Assembly: GCA_963706955.1 (NCBI GenBank)
Contig: CAVPOC010000002.1
Coordinates: 96,001 to 160,000 of the forward strand
From: an uncultured Verrucomicrobiae bacterium
GTDB lineage: Bacteria; Verrucomicrobiota; Verrucomicrobiia; Chthoniobacterales; Terrimicrobiaceae
Reading direction: 5' to 3'
Length of the DNA stretch: 64,000 nt
The notes beneath the pieces were generated by a model, which worked only from the letters and a program-made list of their open reading frames with translations, had not been told where the DNA came from and searched no databases. Positions 1 to 10,891 of the stretch are shown piece after piece. The stretch's first letter is position 1, and every line of letters starts with the position of its first letter. The position numbers and the translations under genes were made by a program.

Positions 1-998
1 TGCCTGACGAAATCATTGGTCAGGAAATCATGCGGGAAGCCGAGTTCGATTTTGGTGGCCTCGTCCAGCTTCGCCAACTGCTCATCCGTTAGCTTCCAGT
101 CAAGAGATTTTAAGTTGTCCTCAATCTGCGCGATCCGGCGAGCTCCGATAATCGGAATAACGACGGCCTGGCGTTGGCGCAGCCAGTTGAGTGACACTTG
201 CGAAGCGGAACGTCCTATTTCGTTTGCCAACTGGGTTACCGTTTCTCCTATGCGCAGCTTGCGTTCATCCGGAGGGTTGCCTTCGCTGCTGAAGCGAGCG
301 GTGTCAGAATTCGTCTTCGTCCCCTTGGCATACTTGCCGCTGAGAATGCCACCGGCTAGCGGAGACCATGCGGTGAGGCCAATGTCAAAGGCGCGCGCCA
401 TCGGAAGCAGATCACGTTCAGGTTCGCGCTGTGCGAGGCTGTATTCGACTTGCAATCCAACGAACGGGCTCCAGCCGTGGACTTGGGCGAGTGTGTTGGC
501 TTGCGACACAATCCATGCGGGGGTATCGGAGATCCCCACGTAGAGCACTTTTCCTGCACGAACCATATCATCGAGCCCTCGCATCACTTCCTCAACCGGA
601 GTCATGAAATCCCAAGCATGAACCCAATAGAGGTCGACGTAGTCAGTTTTTAGCCGCTTGAGGCTGGCCTCGAGAGCGCGGGCCATGTTTTTGCGGTGGT
701 TGCCGCACGCGTTGGGGTCGTCCTCTCGGGTGAAGAGTGTGTATTTGGTGGCGACTACGAAGTGGTCCCGATCGGATTCCAGGAATTCGCCGAGGAGGCT
801 CTCGCTCCCGCCCTCGTTGTATTTGTTGGCGGTGTCGATGAAATTGCCGCCGGCCTGAGCGAAACCGTCAAAGATTTTTCGAGATTCGTCTTTCGACGTG
901 GCGAGGCCCCAGTCTTTCCAAGCTTCGCCGAACGTCATCGTGCCAAGGCAGAGCTCGGAAACCCGCAGCCCGCTCCTTCCTAAAAGTTTGTAGCGCAT
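1..998 (-). CDS. Aldo/keto reductase (partial, runs off left edge)
   Basis: Manual translation from ATG 998: MRYKLLGRSGLRVSELCLGTMTFG...GGNFIDTANKY. This is the AKR N-terminal signature. It is absent from the ORF track because the stop lies outside the window. Confidence 0.9.
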   Translation of the reverse strand, partial: MRYKLLGRSGLRVSELCLGTMTFGEAWKDWGLATSKDESRKIFDGFAQAGGNFIDTANKYNEGGSESLLGEFLESDRDHFVVATKYTLFTREDDPNACGNHRKNMARALEASLKRLKTDYVDLYWVHAWDFMTPVEEVMRGLDDMVRAGKVLYVGISDTPAWIVSQANTLAQVHGWSPFVGLQVEYSLAQREPERDLLPMARAFDIGLTAWSPLAGGILSGKYAKGTKTNSDTARFSSEGNPPDERKLRIGETVTQLANEIGRSASQVSLNWLRQRQAVVIPIIGARRIAQIEDNLKSLDWKLTDEQLAKLDEATKIELGFPHDFLTNDFVR

Positions 999-1425
999 AG
1001 TCCGTTTGAATGTTCTCCATTTCTGGCGTCAACGCGACCGGCAAATTCCCGGTTCACTTCCGGCCGTTCAGTTCCCTGTCGAACACAACAACCAGCCTTT
1101 CGAAGATTGAGCGAGTTAGCTTGATCGCTTCGTGGCGCAGATCGGCCATGCGGTTTTGAGCCTTAAGAAATGTCTCAAGGCAAACACCCTTCGAGTTCCT
1201 TGCGCAGTCTGGTGCGATCAAAATCGTGAGAATAAGGGGACAGCCGCCTCATTTCCCGCTGCCTGCTGTCGGCGTGGTGATGCACCGCAATCTTTTCGTT
1301 CTCGCGGTAGACAGCCACGATTTTGGCGCCAGCGTCGCGCCCAACAAAGCTGTTGCAAATATAAGCCATCGTATCTGTGCTTTTCTTCCACCGTTTTCTT
1401 GTCTAGCTCTCTTGCTCAACAATAG

Positions 1426-2389
1426 ATGGCTCCATTCCCTGAGCAATTGCGTGCGTTTATGCTTGCGTCGCCGGGCATTGAAGCTGAAGCCACACGCGGC
1501 AGTCCTGAAGATTATGCTGACCGCAATGGCTACCTACCCGACTTTCTTGGCGCTGGAAGCGACTTCCTCGCTTCCTCTGCTCAAGGTCACGGACGATCTT
1601 GTTCAGGTCGAGCGAGCGCCGAAGGAAAGGCCATTTGAGCTACGCTACCAAAACTTCAGCGTTGCCATGAGCCGATCGCGTCGTCTCTGCTGTATAACGG
1701 GGGTCAATATCGACGGCAGCGCCCCCTTTTTTCATATCAAGAGGCCGGGATGGAAGATAGATCCTCGGATTCCCCAGGAGGCTCAAGTGGGCGGAGCTGA
1801 GTTCTATGTTCCGACCGTATTCGATCGCGGACATATGGTTCGCCGGCTTGATCCCGTTTGGGGTAATGAAGGCACCGCACGCTTGGCCAACGCGGACACC
1901 CATCACTACACCAATTCCTGCCCCCAGGTGCATTCGTTCAACGACATGACGTGGGGCGACTTGGAAGACTGGATTCTCTCGCAAGAGCGAAGCCGCGATA
2001 GTAGAGGGTCTGTTTTCACCGGTCCGATCTTTCAAGAATCTGATCCCGTGTATGAAGGCGTAAAGGTCCCGGTGCAATTCTATAAGGTAGTGGTCGTAAT
2101 CGACGATGCCAAAGGTCAGCTGAGCGTAACTGCATTTCAGATGGACCAATCGAGTGTAATGCCGCCGCGACCGGAGGCCGCGGAACCTAGAGCACCGTTC
2201 GATCCGGGTCGCTTTTCGGTGGACCAGATAACGTTGTCCGACTTGGAAGAACGCTCAGGCCTTGATTTCGACACGCTCAAGGATTTCGATGTTCTGGCGG
2301 CGCAGCCGATACCAAGGTCCGTCTTGGAGGGCGCCCCACTGCGTCTGCCCTTAAGGACTGTCCGAGAGGCCGTGCTGTGGGCTCCTTGA
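1426..2389 (+). CDS. DNA/RNA non-specific endonuclease (His-Me finger, NucA-type), one frameshift near 1567
   Basis: FDRGHMVRRLDP active-site motif and NSCPQ/FTGP/VPVQFYKVVV in ORF 1226..2389. The true N-terminus (DYADRNGYLPDFLG) is in ORF 1426..1638. Confidence 0.85.
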
Positions 2390-2482
2390 CGGGCGTGCTT
2401 TTCGCGGCTTTTGCTCAGGTTTCGGGCTGGGCATGGCTTCGGTTAATTCGTGTTCATGTTCCGAACGCTATGATGTGCTGGA

Positions 2483-2712
2483 TCAACCAAAACGCGGCGA
2501 CGCTTCCGATGGCATAGGGCGGCACGCGCCAGGCCCAAGGAAAGCGGGTGTCAATGTCGGGTGTCGAATGTCGAGCGCCTTGCGAGCCAAGCTAACGACC
2601 ATCAGTACCGCCGCGATAAACAGGAGTTGGCCGGCTTCGACGCCGAGGTTGAAGAACAGGAGCGCAACTGGTATGGCATTTTGCGGCTGTCCGACTTCGC
2701 TCAACGCGCCGG
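2483..2712 (-). pseudogene. HupE/UreJ family protein, C-terminal fragment
   Basis: (AGA)LSEVGQPQNAIPVALLFFNLGVEAGQLLF matches the HupE/UreJ C-terminal FNxGVExGQ motif; no N-terminal part is present. Confidence 0.7.
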
Positions 2713-2736
2713 CGGGTAGAATACTTCGTCTACAGC

Positions 2737-2937
2737 ATGGAAAGTCACCGCGACACTTATGAACGGCACGGATACTCCCTCACTCTGGTGCAGACCGGAA
2801 TTCCACCTGCCCTGCGCGAGTTGCGCCAGGATCGCCGCAGCTACTTTGGGCACCTGACATATCACCTCGCAACCGCCCTCTTTTTTACCGGTTGCCGATT
2901 TCACGAGTTGGCGCGACTCACGTGTGGGCTTGGGTAA
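2737..2937 (+). pseudogene. Possible tyrosine recombinase fragment
   Basis: ALFFTGCRFHELARLT resembles integrase Box I (TGxRxxELxxL); no HxxR or catalytic Tyr region follows. Confidence 0.4.
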
Positions 2938-3271
2938 TCTGCGTGCATGTCTGAACCTTCTGTGTCATGGCGCCGCAGAGAGAATTGAGCACCAGAGCGC
3001 GATGAGGAATATGCAGTCGAGCGAGCGATCCAAACGAAATTCTGAGGCGCAAGCCTTTGCGGGCCTGATCGTCCGAGAGCGGAATCCCGAAAACCTCGAG
3101 TTTCCGTTAAAACCTGGTCGACGTTGTAAGGCGTTGGAACACGGGTGACATCGCCGGGTGTTCTTTGTGTTTGGCGGGTTTGAATGCCGGCGACAAGGGT
3201 GGTTAGGCTCGTTGTTGTGGAAAAAAGACGTCCGCTACGCCACCAGGATGACGACCACAGTCTCGGTCCAC

Positions 3272-3804
3272 TCATGATGCTTGCTGTGACCGCCGCCGCA
3301 TCCTCCTAGTGGCATGGGTTTCCACAAAGGGCGTTTCTTCTTCCTTCAAGAGTCTCCAATCCGTTGAAAGCGACTGTCGAAGTCTTTTCCAAAGCCTACG
3401 CAAAGGCAACGTTACACGAGCGGGGATGCGCGGGATCATTTCTTCCTGCAAGTGGAAACCGTGAAGACATTGGGATAAATGCGCAAGTATGCCTTGACTA
3501 CCGGCGGAATCGTTGTCCCGGCAAATCGCCCGCCTCGGGGACAGCATTCATAGGCCGCACGCATGGCAAAGAGTTTGTGCCGCCTGCTGATTTCAGGCTC
3601 AATCTGCCTTCTTGGCCGCGGCATTCTAGCATCTTTCTTGTCGGACAGTTCTGCCAAACGGACTGGGCCACCCCCGTTTGCACGCCGACTCAAGGTGATG
3701 TCAAGCCAACCAAGCTCCGCCACTTGTTCGATCTCCCAAGGCCAGATGGAAAAGCTGCGCGTCAAGTCCCTCAAGGACCTTATGCCCCCGGGGTGATTGA
3801 GCAC
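3272..3804 (-). pseudogene. Hypothetical protein, frameshifted or truncated
   Basis: Protein-like ORF 3436..3804 appears to continue in ORF 3272..3547; no family recognised. Confidence 0.3.
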
Positions 3805-3852
3805 CCGCCGATACGGTGAAGACGTTCGAGGCAGTTGCCAATACCCAATTTA

Positions 3853-5640
3853 CTACACGCGGGTCGAGCCAAGCAGATTCCCGCCAAGGCTCGGATGGCC
3901 TATCGTGCGGTCGCCGACGACATTGACGAGCGCGGTCTTGCCGGCCCTCAGTGCACGTTCGAGGGCAGGGCGAAACTCCTCAGGTCGCTCGACGTGCTCA
4001 CCGTGACAACCCATGAGTTCGAACATCCGGTCGTAGCGTTGGTTCGGTAGTATCTCGAACGGATCGGTCCGACCTTTCAGGAATGGCATTTCGTCGAAGC
4101 TCGGCCCCCAGGAACTGTTGTTCCACAAAACCGCGACGATCGGCAGGCCATAGCGGCGCGCAGTTTCGAGATCGAAACCGCTGATGCCGAGACCACCGTC
4201 GCCTATTATAAGCACGACCTGTTTTCCGGGCCGTGCAAGTTGAGCACCGATGGCCATGCCGACGCCGTGGCCAACGGGTGCGAGCGGGCCGGCGTCGAGA
4301 ATTTGGCCGGGGAAGCGAGCGTGAAACCATTGCGACATCCAGCCGCTCATCGTGAAGCTATCGATTACGATCGTTGCGTGCGGATCGATCACTTCACAAA
4401 GCTCCCGCGCAACCCTTGCGGGGTGTATCGGTACGTCGTCGTGGTGCTTATGCTCCTGTTCGACGATTACCCGATCAAAGTTAGTCCGCACGTCGGCGAC
4501 CTCCTGGAGCCAGGTCGACTGGCTTAGTCGCCTCCAGTCGTTCGCGCGCGCTGCGTCGGAAAGCTGCCGCAGAACGAGTTTCGCGTCACCGACCATGGCA
4601 ACCTCTGCCGGCACATGGAGGCCGATCCGCGTCGGCGTAGCGTCAGCCTGAATGTAACGTGCGGATTCACTCCAAGTGGGTGCCTCGCCGAACTTCTCGC
4701 CGCTCCAGAACCGAAAGCCAATCGCCAACACCGCGTCGGCGCGCCCGGTGAACGGCTTCTTCCATGGACCTCGGATTGCAAGCGGGTGGTCCTCCGCCAC
4801 GGCGCCTTGCCCGGTGCGCCGGGCGTATACCGGTATCCTGGTGAGCTCAACGAATTCGCGTAGCTCGGCTGCCGCACCCGACCAGAAGATTCCGTCGCCT
4901 GCTGCGATTAACGGGCGCTTGGCGGCAAGGAGGATCTCGATCGCCTGCTCGATGCTGTGCGGGTCCGCTCCCGACCGAAGCTCGCCTGGCGCATAGACCT
5001 TCGCGCCGCGGCGTTGATTGCTCTCAAGCCCGCCTCGGTAGAGAATGTTCGTCGGGATTTCGACCAGGGCGACGCCCTGCGGCGGATCCGTCGCATCGCG
5101 AAACGCCTGCCGCAAATCGACTTCGATCGTCGACCAGTCGATTACTCGCTTGGTGAACTTCGAGAAGGAGCGGCAAACTTCGCTGCCATACGCCTCCTGA
5201 AACGAGCCCAGCCCGTCCTCCGTCGTCGGGTGCTGGCCGGCAATGCACACCACCGCGCTCCCGGCGAGACCCGCGGCACAGAGGCCGGTTACGGCGTTAG
5301 TCAGTCCGCAGCCGGCTGTGACACTGCAAACGCCGGGTGTTCCGGTGGTTCGCGCCCATCCGTCTGCCGCGTAGGCGCATGACTGCTCGTGGCGCATGTG
5401 GATGAGTTTGATCCCATAGTCGCGCAGCGCAGCAAGGATCGGCCAAGTGTGGCCGCCGTTGACCGCAAATAGGTATTTCACGCCTTGGGACTGGAGCACG
5501 CGGGCGACCAGGCCACCGCCATCAATTTCCACTGCCGTAGACGGCACGGATTCAGTCGCTCCTTCCCCTGCCAACGCTGCGCCCGCGGTTTTTCCCATGA
5601 CGACGCCCGAGAGCGCCTCGCTTGGTTCTGGCCCTGTCAC
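3853..5640 (-). CDS. Thiamine pyrophosphate-dependent enzyme (acetolactate synthase / 2-hydroxyacyl-CoA lyase superfamily)
   Basis: MRHEQSCAYAADGWAR (catalytic Glu) and the GDGG...WNN TPP-binding motif. GTG start overlaps the stop of the upstream synthetase. Confidence 0.9.
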   Translation of the reverse strand: MTGPEPSEALSGVVMGKTAGAALAGEGATESVPSTAVEIDGGGLVARVLQSQGVKYLFAVNGGHTWPILAALRDYGIKLIHMRHEQSCAYAADGWARTTGTPGVCSVTAGCGLTNAVTGLCAAGLAGSAVVCIAGQHPTTEDGLGSFQEAYGSEVCRSFSKFTKRVIDWSTIEVDLRQAFRDATDPPQGVALVEIPTNILYRGGLESNQRRGAKVYAPGELRSGADPHSIEQAIEILLAAKRPLIAAGDGIFWSGAAAELREFVELTRIPVYARRTGQGAVAEDHPLAIRGPWKKPFTGRADAVLAIGFRFWSGEKFGEAPTWSESARYIQADATPTRIGLHVPAEVAMVGDAKLVLRQLSDAARANDWRRLSQSTWLQEVADVRTNFDRVIVEQEHKHHDDVPIHPARVARELCEVIDPHATIVIDSFTMSGWMSQWFHARFPGQILDAGPLAPVGHGVGMAIGAQLARPGKQVVLIIGDGGLGISGFDLETARRYGLPIVAVLWNNSSWGPSFDEMPFLKGRTDPFEILPNQRYDRMFELMGCHGEHVERPEEFRPALERALRAGKTALVNVVGDRTIGHPSLGGNLLGSTRV

Positions 5641-7220
5641 GGCGCACCCCCTTCCGCGCTGCGCGCTTCGTGATTGGCGTACCTGCTCCGGAGAACCCGG
5701 TGCAAAAGCTTTCCGGTGGCAGTCCTCGGCATTTCGTCTTCAGCAATAAACGAGATCGATTTTGGTCGTTTGTATCCGGCGATCCTATCTTTGCACCAAT
5801 CGAGGATTTCGGACTCCGATGCGCCTTGATCTTGATGTAAAACCACCACTGCATGAACGGCCTCCCCCCACTTCTCGTGAGGGACGCCAATCACGGCTAG
5901 ATCCTTGATCTTGGGATGAGCGCCAAGAACCTGCTCCACTTCGGATGGATAGATCTTCTCCCCGCCGCTGTTGATCATATTGCTCTTGCGGTCGGCGAGA
6001 TAGTAGTAGCCGTCCTGGTCCCGACGGGCCATGTCGCCTACCGTGCAATACGCGCCTCGGAACGCCTCAGCAGTCTTCTTCGGCGACTTCCAGTAGCCCT
6101 GAAACGCGTAAGGCGTGCGCGAATAGAGGTCACCGACTTCGCCGTCGACGACCTCGTTGCCTTCTGAATCAAGGAGCTTGATCCTCCCGGTACCGAGGCA
6201 TTCGCGACCGATGGAACCGAGCTTGGTCAGCTGCTCTTCGGGACGCAGCAAGGTCACCCATCCCGCTTCAGTCGAGCCGTAGCCCTCATAGAGCCGAGAT
6301 CTCCTGAAATATTCCATCAGCGCCAGCTTGGTGTCCTGGCGGGCTGGCGCGGAGGAGATGAGGAGTTTGGTGACGCTCTCTACACTGATCTTACGCTTCA
6401 CGGATTCGGGCAATCCGAGAATCATGATGTAGTGCGTTGGCACCAGCGAGGTGAAGGTGAATCTGTCGCCGGCGAGCGTTCTCAGCAGATGGTCCGGTTC
6501 GAAGCTTTTCCGGTCGTAGACGCAGGAGGCTGCGCCGCAGGCGGCAAATACGTACGCGAAATAGAGAGAGTTCGCGTGGCACATCGGCATGACCAGAAGG
6601 CCCAAGTCATCTCGACTGAAACCCCAGTCGACCTGAACGAGATACGCCAGCAGGACGAAGCTGCCGTTATTGCGAATGACGCCCTTGGGCTTGCCGGTAG
6701 TGCCAGATGTGTAGAGAAGGGCATAGGGATCGTCGGGCCCAGTTTCGATCAATGGTTCAGACCGCGCGCCCGCCGCGACCAAGTCCTCGTAGGATCGGTA
6801 GCCTGGGGGCGTTCTGCCGCCGAAATGGATGTACTTGTCCTCGGCGATCAGGCGCTCGGCTCGGATTGTTTCAACGCGGTCGAGAAGATCGTCCTGGACG
6901 ATGATGGCTTTAGCTTCTGAGTTCTCGACGATGTACCGGACCTCTGAGCCAATCAGCCTGAAATTGATCGGCACAACGACGAGCCCCGCCTTGGCGACCG
7001 CCGCATAGATTTCCATCCATTCAAGGCAGTTATACGCGAGGACGGCGATCCGATCTCCCTTCTCGAGCCCCAGTCCGACAAGCGCATTGGCGAGCTTGCA
7101 GGACCGATCGTTCCACCCGCGAAAGGTCAAGGATCGTGTGAGATCGCGCGCACCTACCTTGTCCGGAGACAAATAGGCATTCATGGCGACGATCTCGCCG
7201 AAATGGAGCAGCTGGCTCAT
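5637..7220 (-). CDS. Acyl-CoA synthetase (AMP-binding, class I adenylate-forming)
   Basis: YTSGTTGKPKG, YGSTE, TVGD, DRKSNMINSGGEKIYPSEVE and PRTATGKL motifs. Confidence 0.95.
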   Translation of the reverse strand: MSQLLHFGEIVAMNAYLSPDKVGARDLTRSLTFRGWNDRSCKLANALVGLGLEKGDRIAVLAYNCLEWMEIYAAVAKAGLVVVPINFRLIGSEVRYIVENSEAKAIIVQDDLLDRVETIRAERLIAEDKYIHFGGRTPPGYRSYEDLVAAGARSEPLIETGPDDPYALLYTSGTTGKPKGVIRNNGSFVLLAYLVQVDWGFSRDDLGLLVMPMCHANSLYFAYVFAACGAASCVYDRKSFEPDHLLRTLAGDRFTFTSLVPTHYIMILGLPESVKRKISVESVTKLLISSAPARQDTKLALMEYFRRSRLYEGYGSTEAGWVTLLRPEEQLTKLGSIGRECLGTGRIKLLDSEGNEVVDGEVGDLYSRTPYAFQGYWKSPKKTAEAFRGAYCTVGDMARRDQDGYYYLADRKSNMINSGGEKIYPSEVEQVLGAHPKIKDLAVIGVPHEKWGEAVHAVVVLHQDQGASESEILDWCKDRIAGYKRPKSISFIAEDEMPRTATGKLLHRVLRSRYANHEARSAEGGAP

Positions 7221-7280
7221 TGGAGTCCTCGATGAGACTTAGAGCGCGTCGGTGAAATCATGTCGCTTCGGATGCCTTGT

Positions 7281-7690
7281 CTACGTCCATCGTGTCTTGT
7301 ACCTAGGAAACGTTGGATTTCTGTTTGCGGTATCCTTCATGTTGGACGGCGCAGGTGCTTCGAAGGACCATCGTGCGTAGGAGACAAACGCGATCAACCG
7401 CGTCGGAGTTTTGGCACGAGCCGTTAGCTTTAGCTCGTGTATCTGCTGCGGAGTGCATCGCTTGCCAAAACGCCCGTTCACTAGCATCGCTCTTTTCAGG
7501 GAGCTCAACTTCTTCTCCAATGCTTGAATGCGTTGGTCCTGTTCTTCAAGCTCAGCAACCAAACATCAATTATCTGTAAGCCAACAGGTCCCCTTTTGCC
7601 GAAGGTAACGATTTTGCCTTTCTTAGCGTGCATCTTATCGCGGTATTCTTCGATCGCGGATTTAACTGTTTCGAGGCTCATCTTTAGCAA
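7281..7690 (-). CDS. Small coiled-coil hypothetical protein, probable frameshift near 7560
   Basis: ORF 7505..7690 (MSLETVKSAIEEYRDK...QIIDV) joins ORF 7281..7562 (VAELEEQDQRIQALEKKL). Confidence 0.35.
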
Positions 7691-7992
7691 GGATTGCGTT
7701 AAGGCTGAGCACCCAAACGCCCATCGTCGAGCATATTTCGGCCACCTCCGTCACGCCGGGGCTATATGAAGAGCGACAGATAGGAGAGGTCTGACCAGCT
7801 CCGCGTCGGCTCTTGAAATTCACCTGCACCCCGATCGCCAGGCTGGCCACGCGAGTTAGCTAGTTGTTTTAAGAGGCATTCGCTTAGTCACCGCTAGCCG
7901 AATTTTGGAAAAGCCCTCAACAGCTCCTCGTCCTCTTTTTCTTTCGCTCTTCGTCGCGTGATGTTCGGCGAAGAACCGTCAAGTTTCTCTCA

Positions 7993-8981
7993 TCACCTGG
8001 CTGGCATTTTTATCGTCGCGCATTGCCACGACGTGCAATGCCTTAGGTGACCCGCATCGGTCCATTCGACGAAGGCGACCTGGCAAACCAGCTTCGGTAT
8101 GACCCAGCGACATCCTTCCATTTTCTCTGCGGTCAGTGCCTCTCCCCATCGCGAGCCCTTTTTCTCAGGCAAATTGGTGAACGGACAATGCGTAGCTCCG
8201 AGCTTTTTGAGCGCTGGGAAGATCTCCTTCCGAATCCGCGGCACAAAGCCGTTTTTCACCTTTGCTACAAAGATGAGTTGTTCGCTCTCGTAGACGCCAA
8301 GGAGTAATGCATCAAGCCCCTGCGCACCAGGAATGTAACCGCCAATCACGAACTCCTGCTCTCGGTTCGCACGGTGCTTGACCCATGCTCAGGAACGTTC
8401 ACCAGGTTCGTAGGTGGAATCGATTCGCTTACCGACAACCCCTTCCAAGTCAAGCTTGCGCACGGCCCTCAAGAACGTGTCCCGACGGGGCCTGCAGCTG
8501 CGGTGACAAGCGAAGCGGATCGTCGGGGTCGGACAGCAATTTAGCCAGCAATTTGCGACGGCGCTCGATCGGGGAGCTGAGCAAGAGTTCGCCGTCCTGG
8601 TTTAACAGGTCGAAGGCGTAGAAAAATACCGGAACCTCGTGCGACGGGTGCTCTGGAGAACTGAAAGGAAGGTCGCCCTTGCGTGTCAAAAGCAACCACT
8701 TCCCCGTCCAGAACAAACTTCCCTTCGAGTGAAGCCAGGGCGTCGACGATTTTTGGAAAGCGCTTATTGAGCACCTTCTCGTTGCGGGAAAACAAGGTAA
8801 CCTCTGAGCCGCGCTTGACGGCAAGGCATCGATACCCGTCAAATTTGATTTCAAATGTCCAGTTCTCGCCTGTTGGCAAGGATGAGACCGGCTTGCATTG
8901 CATAGGTTCAATGAAGGCGGGCTCTATCCGCTTACGGCGTGTTGCCGAAGTCGTTGAGCGATCTCTCGGCCTTTGGCTCAC
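7993..8981 (-). pseudogene. ligD: ATP-dependent DNA ligase, LigD ligase domain, multiply frameshifted
   Basis: EIKFDGYR (adenylated Lys), LDGEVV, FYAFDLL, IGGY..G and VAFVEWTDAGHLRH spread over three or more frames. Confidence 0.85.
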
Positions 8982-9022
8982 GCGGGCCTGATTGTGCGCA
9001 TTCGATGGCCCGCAGCAAGGGC

Positions 9023-9223
9023 CTATTTCGCTAGGTCACCCCGGTCGCCCTGGCCTTTCGGCACTTTCTGTTTGGCAGTCGTGCGTTTGTCAGAAGAGAG
9101 CGACTTGCCGACATCGACGACCTTGTTGAATTCGCCTTTCGCATTACGACGCACGTAGCGTTTATCGCCTTTGGTCGGCTCGATGAGTTGGCGAGTGCTG
9201 GTGGCTTTCTTTTTTGTGGGCAT
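9023..9223 (-). CDS. Small basic hypothetical protein
   Basis: 66 aa, RQLIEPTKGDKRYVRRNAKGEF...GQGDRGD, with an AGGAG RBS upstream on the minus strand. Confidence 0.75.
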   Translation of the reverse strand: MPTKKKATSTRQLIEPTKGDKRYVRRNAKGEFNKVVDVGKSLSSDKRTTAKQKVPKGQGDRGDLAK

Positions 9224-9304
9224 AGGTTTTCTCCTGTTGATTGCTCAACAATCCATCGCATACCCGCGCACTGTTGCGCGGAACAATAGAGGCCCGCAAT
9301 CGCT

Positions 9305-9602
9305 TCAGGCCGGTTTCAGCGCCGCCAAATCCAACTCACCGTGCTGACTCGTGAACGTCACCTTCCGTCCGCTCCCGCTCTGGTGTTGCTGCACGCCGGA
9401 GATGCGATGATCGCCGGTGTCATACAGTTGGACTTTGCCATCGCCCGTATCGACGGCCAGCCGCTTGTGATCCCCGAAGAATGCATAACGCGTTTCGTTC
9501 TGACCGCCGACTGAGTTGGGATGCTCGCCGAGTTCTTCCGGCCACCATCGCTCTGGCGCTTTCGTGGGCGTCATCGCGTGACATTGGTTTCATGGGTTTC
9601 AT
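9305..9602 (-). pseudogene. Hypothetical protein fragment (WWP..LG.P...GGQN..RYAFF family)
   Basis: ORF 9305..9574 has a protein-like motif pattern; MKPMKPM lead-in is in another frame. Confidence 0.55.
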
Positions 9603-10267
9603 CGTGGTTGTTTTGTTAAAGCTGCAGGCCCTTCGGAAAAAGAGGCCAGCATGGGTTCATGTTTACTGTGGGACGGCTCGCGCACAACCGCTCCACCGGT
9701 CGCGCAACTCGTAATTAAACATAAATTGATCGACGTTCATCGTAGAGAATTTTGAGCCGCATTCACGTTTGCACGTTCACAAAGAATTTCCATCGCGATA
9801 AATCGGCTCGCTTCACCACAGCTTGGCGAGAGCATACAAACAGCGTCACGAAAACCACCCTCGTCCGCTCACCCACTCAATCTGCAAATAGGCCTCCTCG
9901 TTCGCACTCAAAAGGCTCCCCTGTGCTCATGCATGAGAGCGAGTCCCGGGGCCCCCGGGTCGCGCGTGCCAGGCCCCCGGGTCGCTAATCGATCGAAACC
10001 GAGACGGATCCCTTCCGTCAACGGCCCATACGACGGCGGAATCTTCGCACGATTCCATAGCGAAGTAGGTGGCTACATAGACGGAGTAGGTGAAGTCCAG
10101 CAAACGGGTGGGGGCGCTTCAACATGCGAGCGGGGCTCAAACTATTCAGTGAACGTTTGACGGCGGTCCGGTAAAAGCTGATCGCCCAAATCTCAAACCA
10201 ATAGTATCGCCATTTTTTGTAAACCTAACATCGGGAAGGACCCGGCTGTTCAAACCCAAAACTACCT

Positions 10268-10705
10268 ATGAAAACGAAACACAGACTGCTCGCCGCCATG
10301 TGTGGCCTCTTCCTCGCCGCACCGTCCTTTGCCCAGCAGGTGCCCATTGCTACGAAGCCGGCTGACGTCACCTCCGCTGCGCACGGCGTGATCATGCACA
10401 GCGAATATGCCAAAACCATCGGCCGCATGGTTTACGTCTGGGGCTGGCCCATGGTCAACCAAATGAACCGCCGTGCCGCGATCACCCAGGCACCGGCGCC
10501 TGGACGGCTCAACGGCGTGTTGCCAGTTGCTCCTCGCGGCCAGATCGGAATGCTCAACGACTACATTGATCCCGGACAAAACTTCGTCACCTGTCCGAAT
10601 CAGGACGTCGTTTACGGCCTGGGCTTTTTCTCCCTCGATGAGGAGCCGGTGATCATCCAGGGTATCCGTCAGACGAACCCACCTAGTCGAGTTGGCTCAT
10701 TTTGA
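10268..10705 (+). pseudogene. DUF1254-type exported protein, truncated
   Basis: Signal peptide followed by YVWGWPMVN...VTCPNQDVVYG...LDEEPVIIQ, then an abrupt switch to unrelated sequence near 10660. Confidence 0.75.
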
Positions 10706-10891
10706 TGCACTGTTGGGATCCTACTTCTGCCAAAGAATCACCGCGTGCAGCAATCAGCCAATCTGAGCATTTTAAATTTTCTTTCAGTGAGGTGATCCAA
10801 GACGGGCTCCACGCAGTTCTCTAAAACCCAAGCAATGTCTTGCAGTATCGATGGACAGATGGACATACGGGGACAGTAGGAAGAAGCTCGA

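Noticed and set aside
9945..9985. Direct repeat GGCCCCCGGGTCGC twice
   Set aside because: Only two GC-rich copies with no associated element; likely a local duplication.
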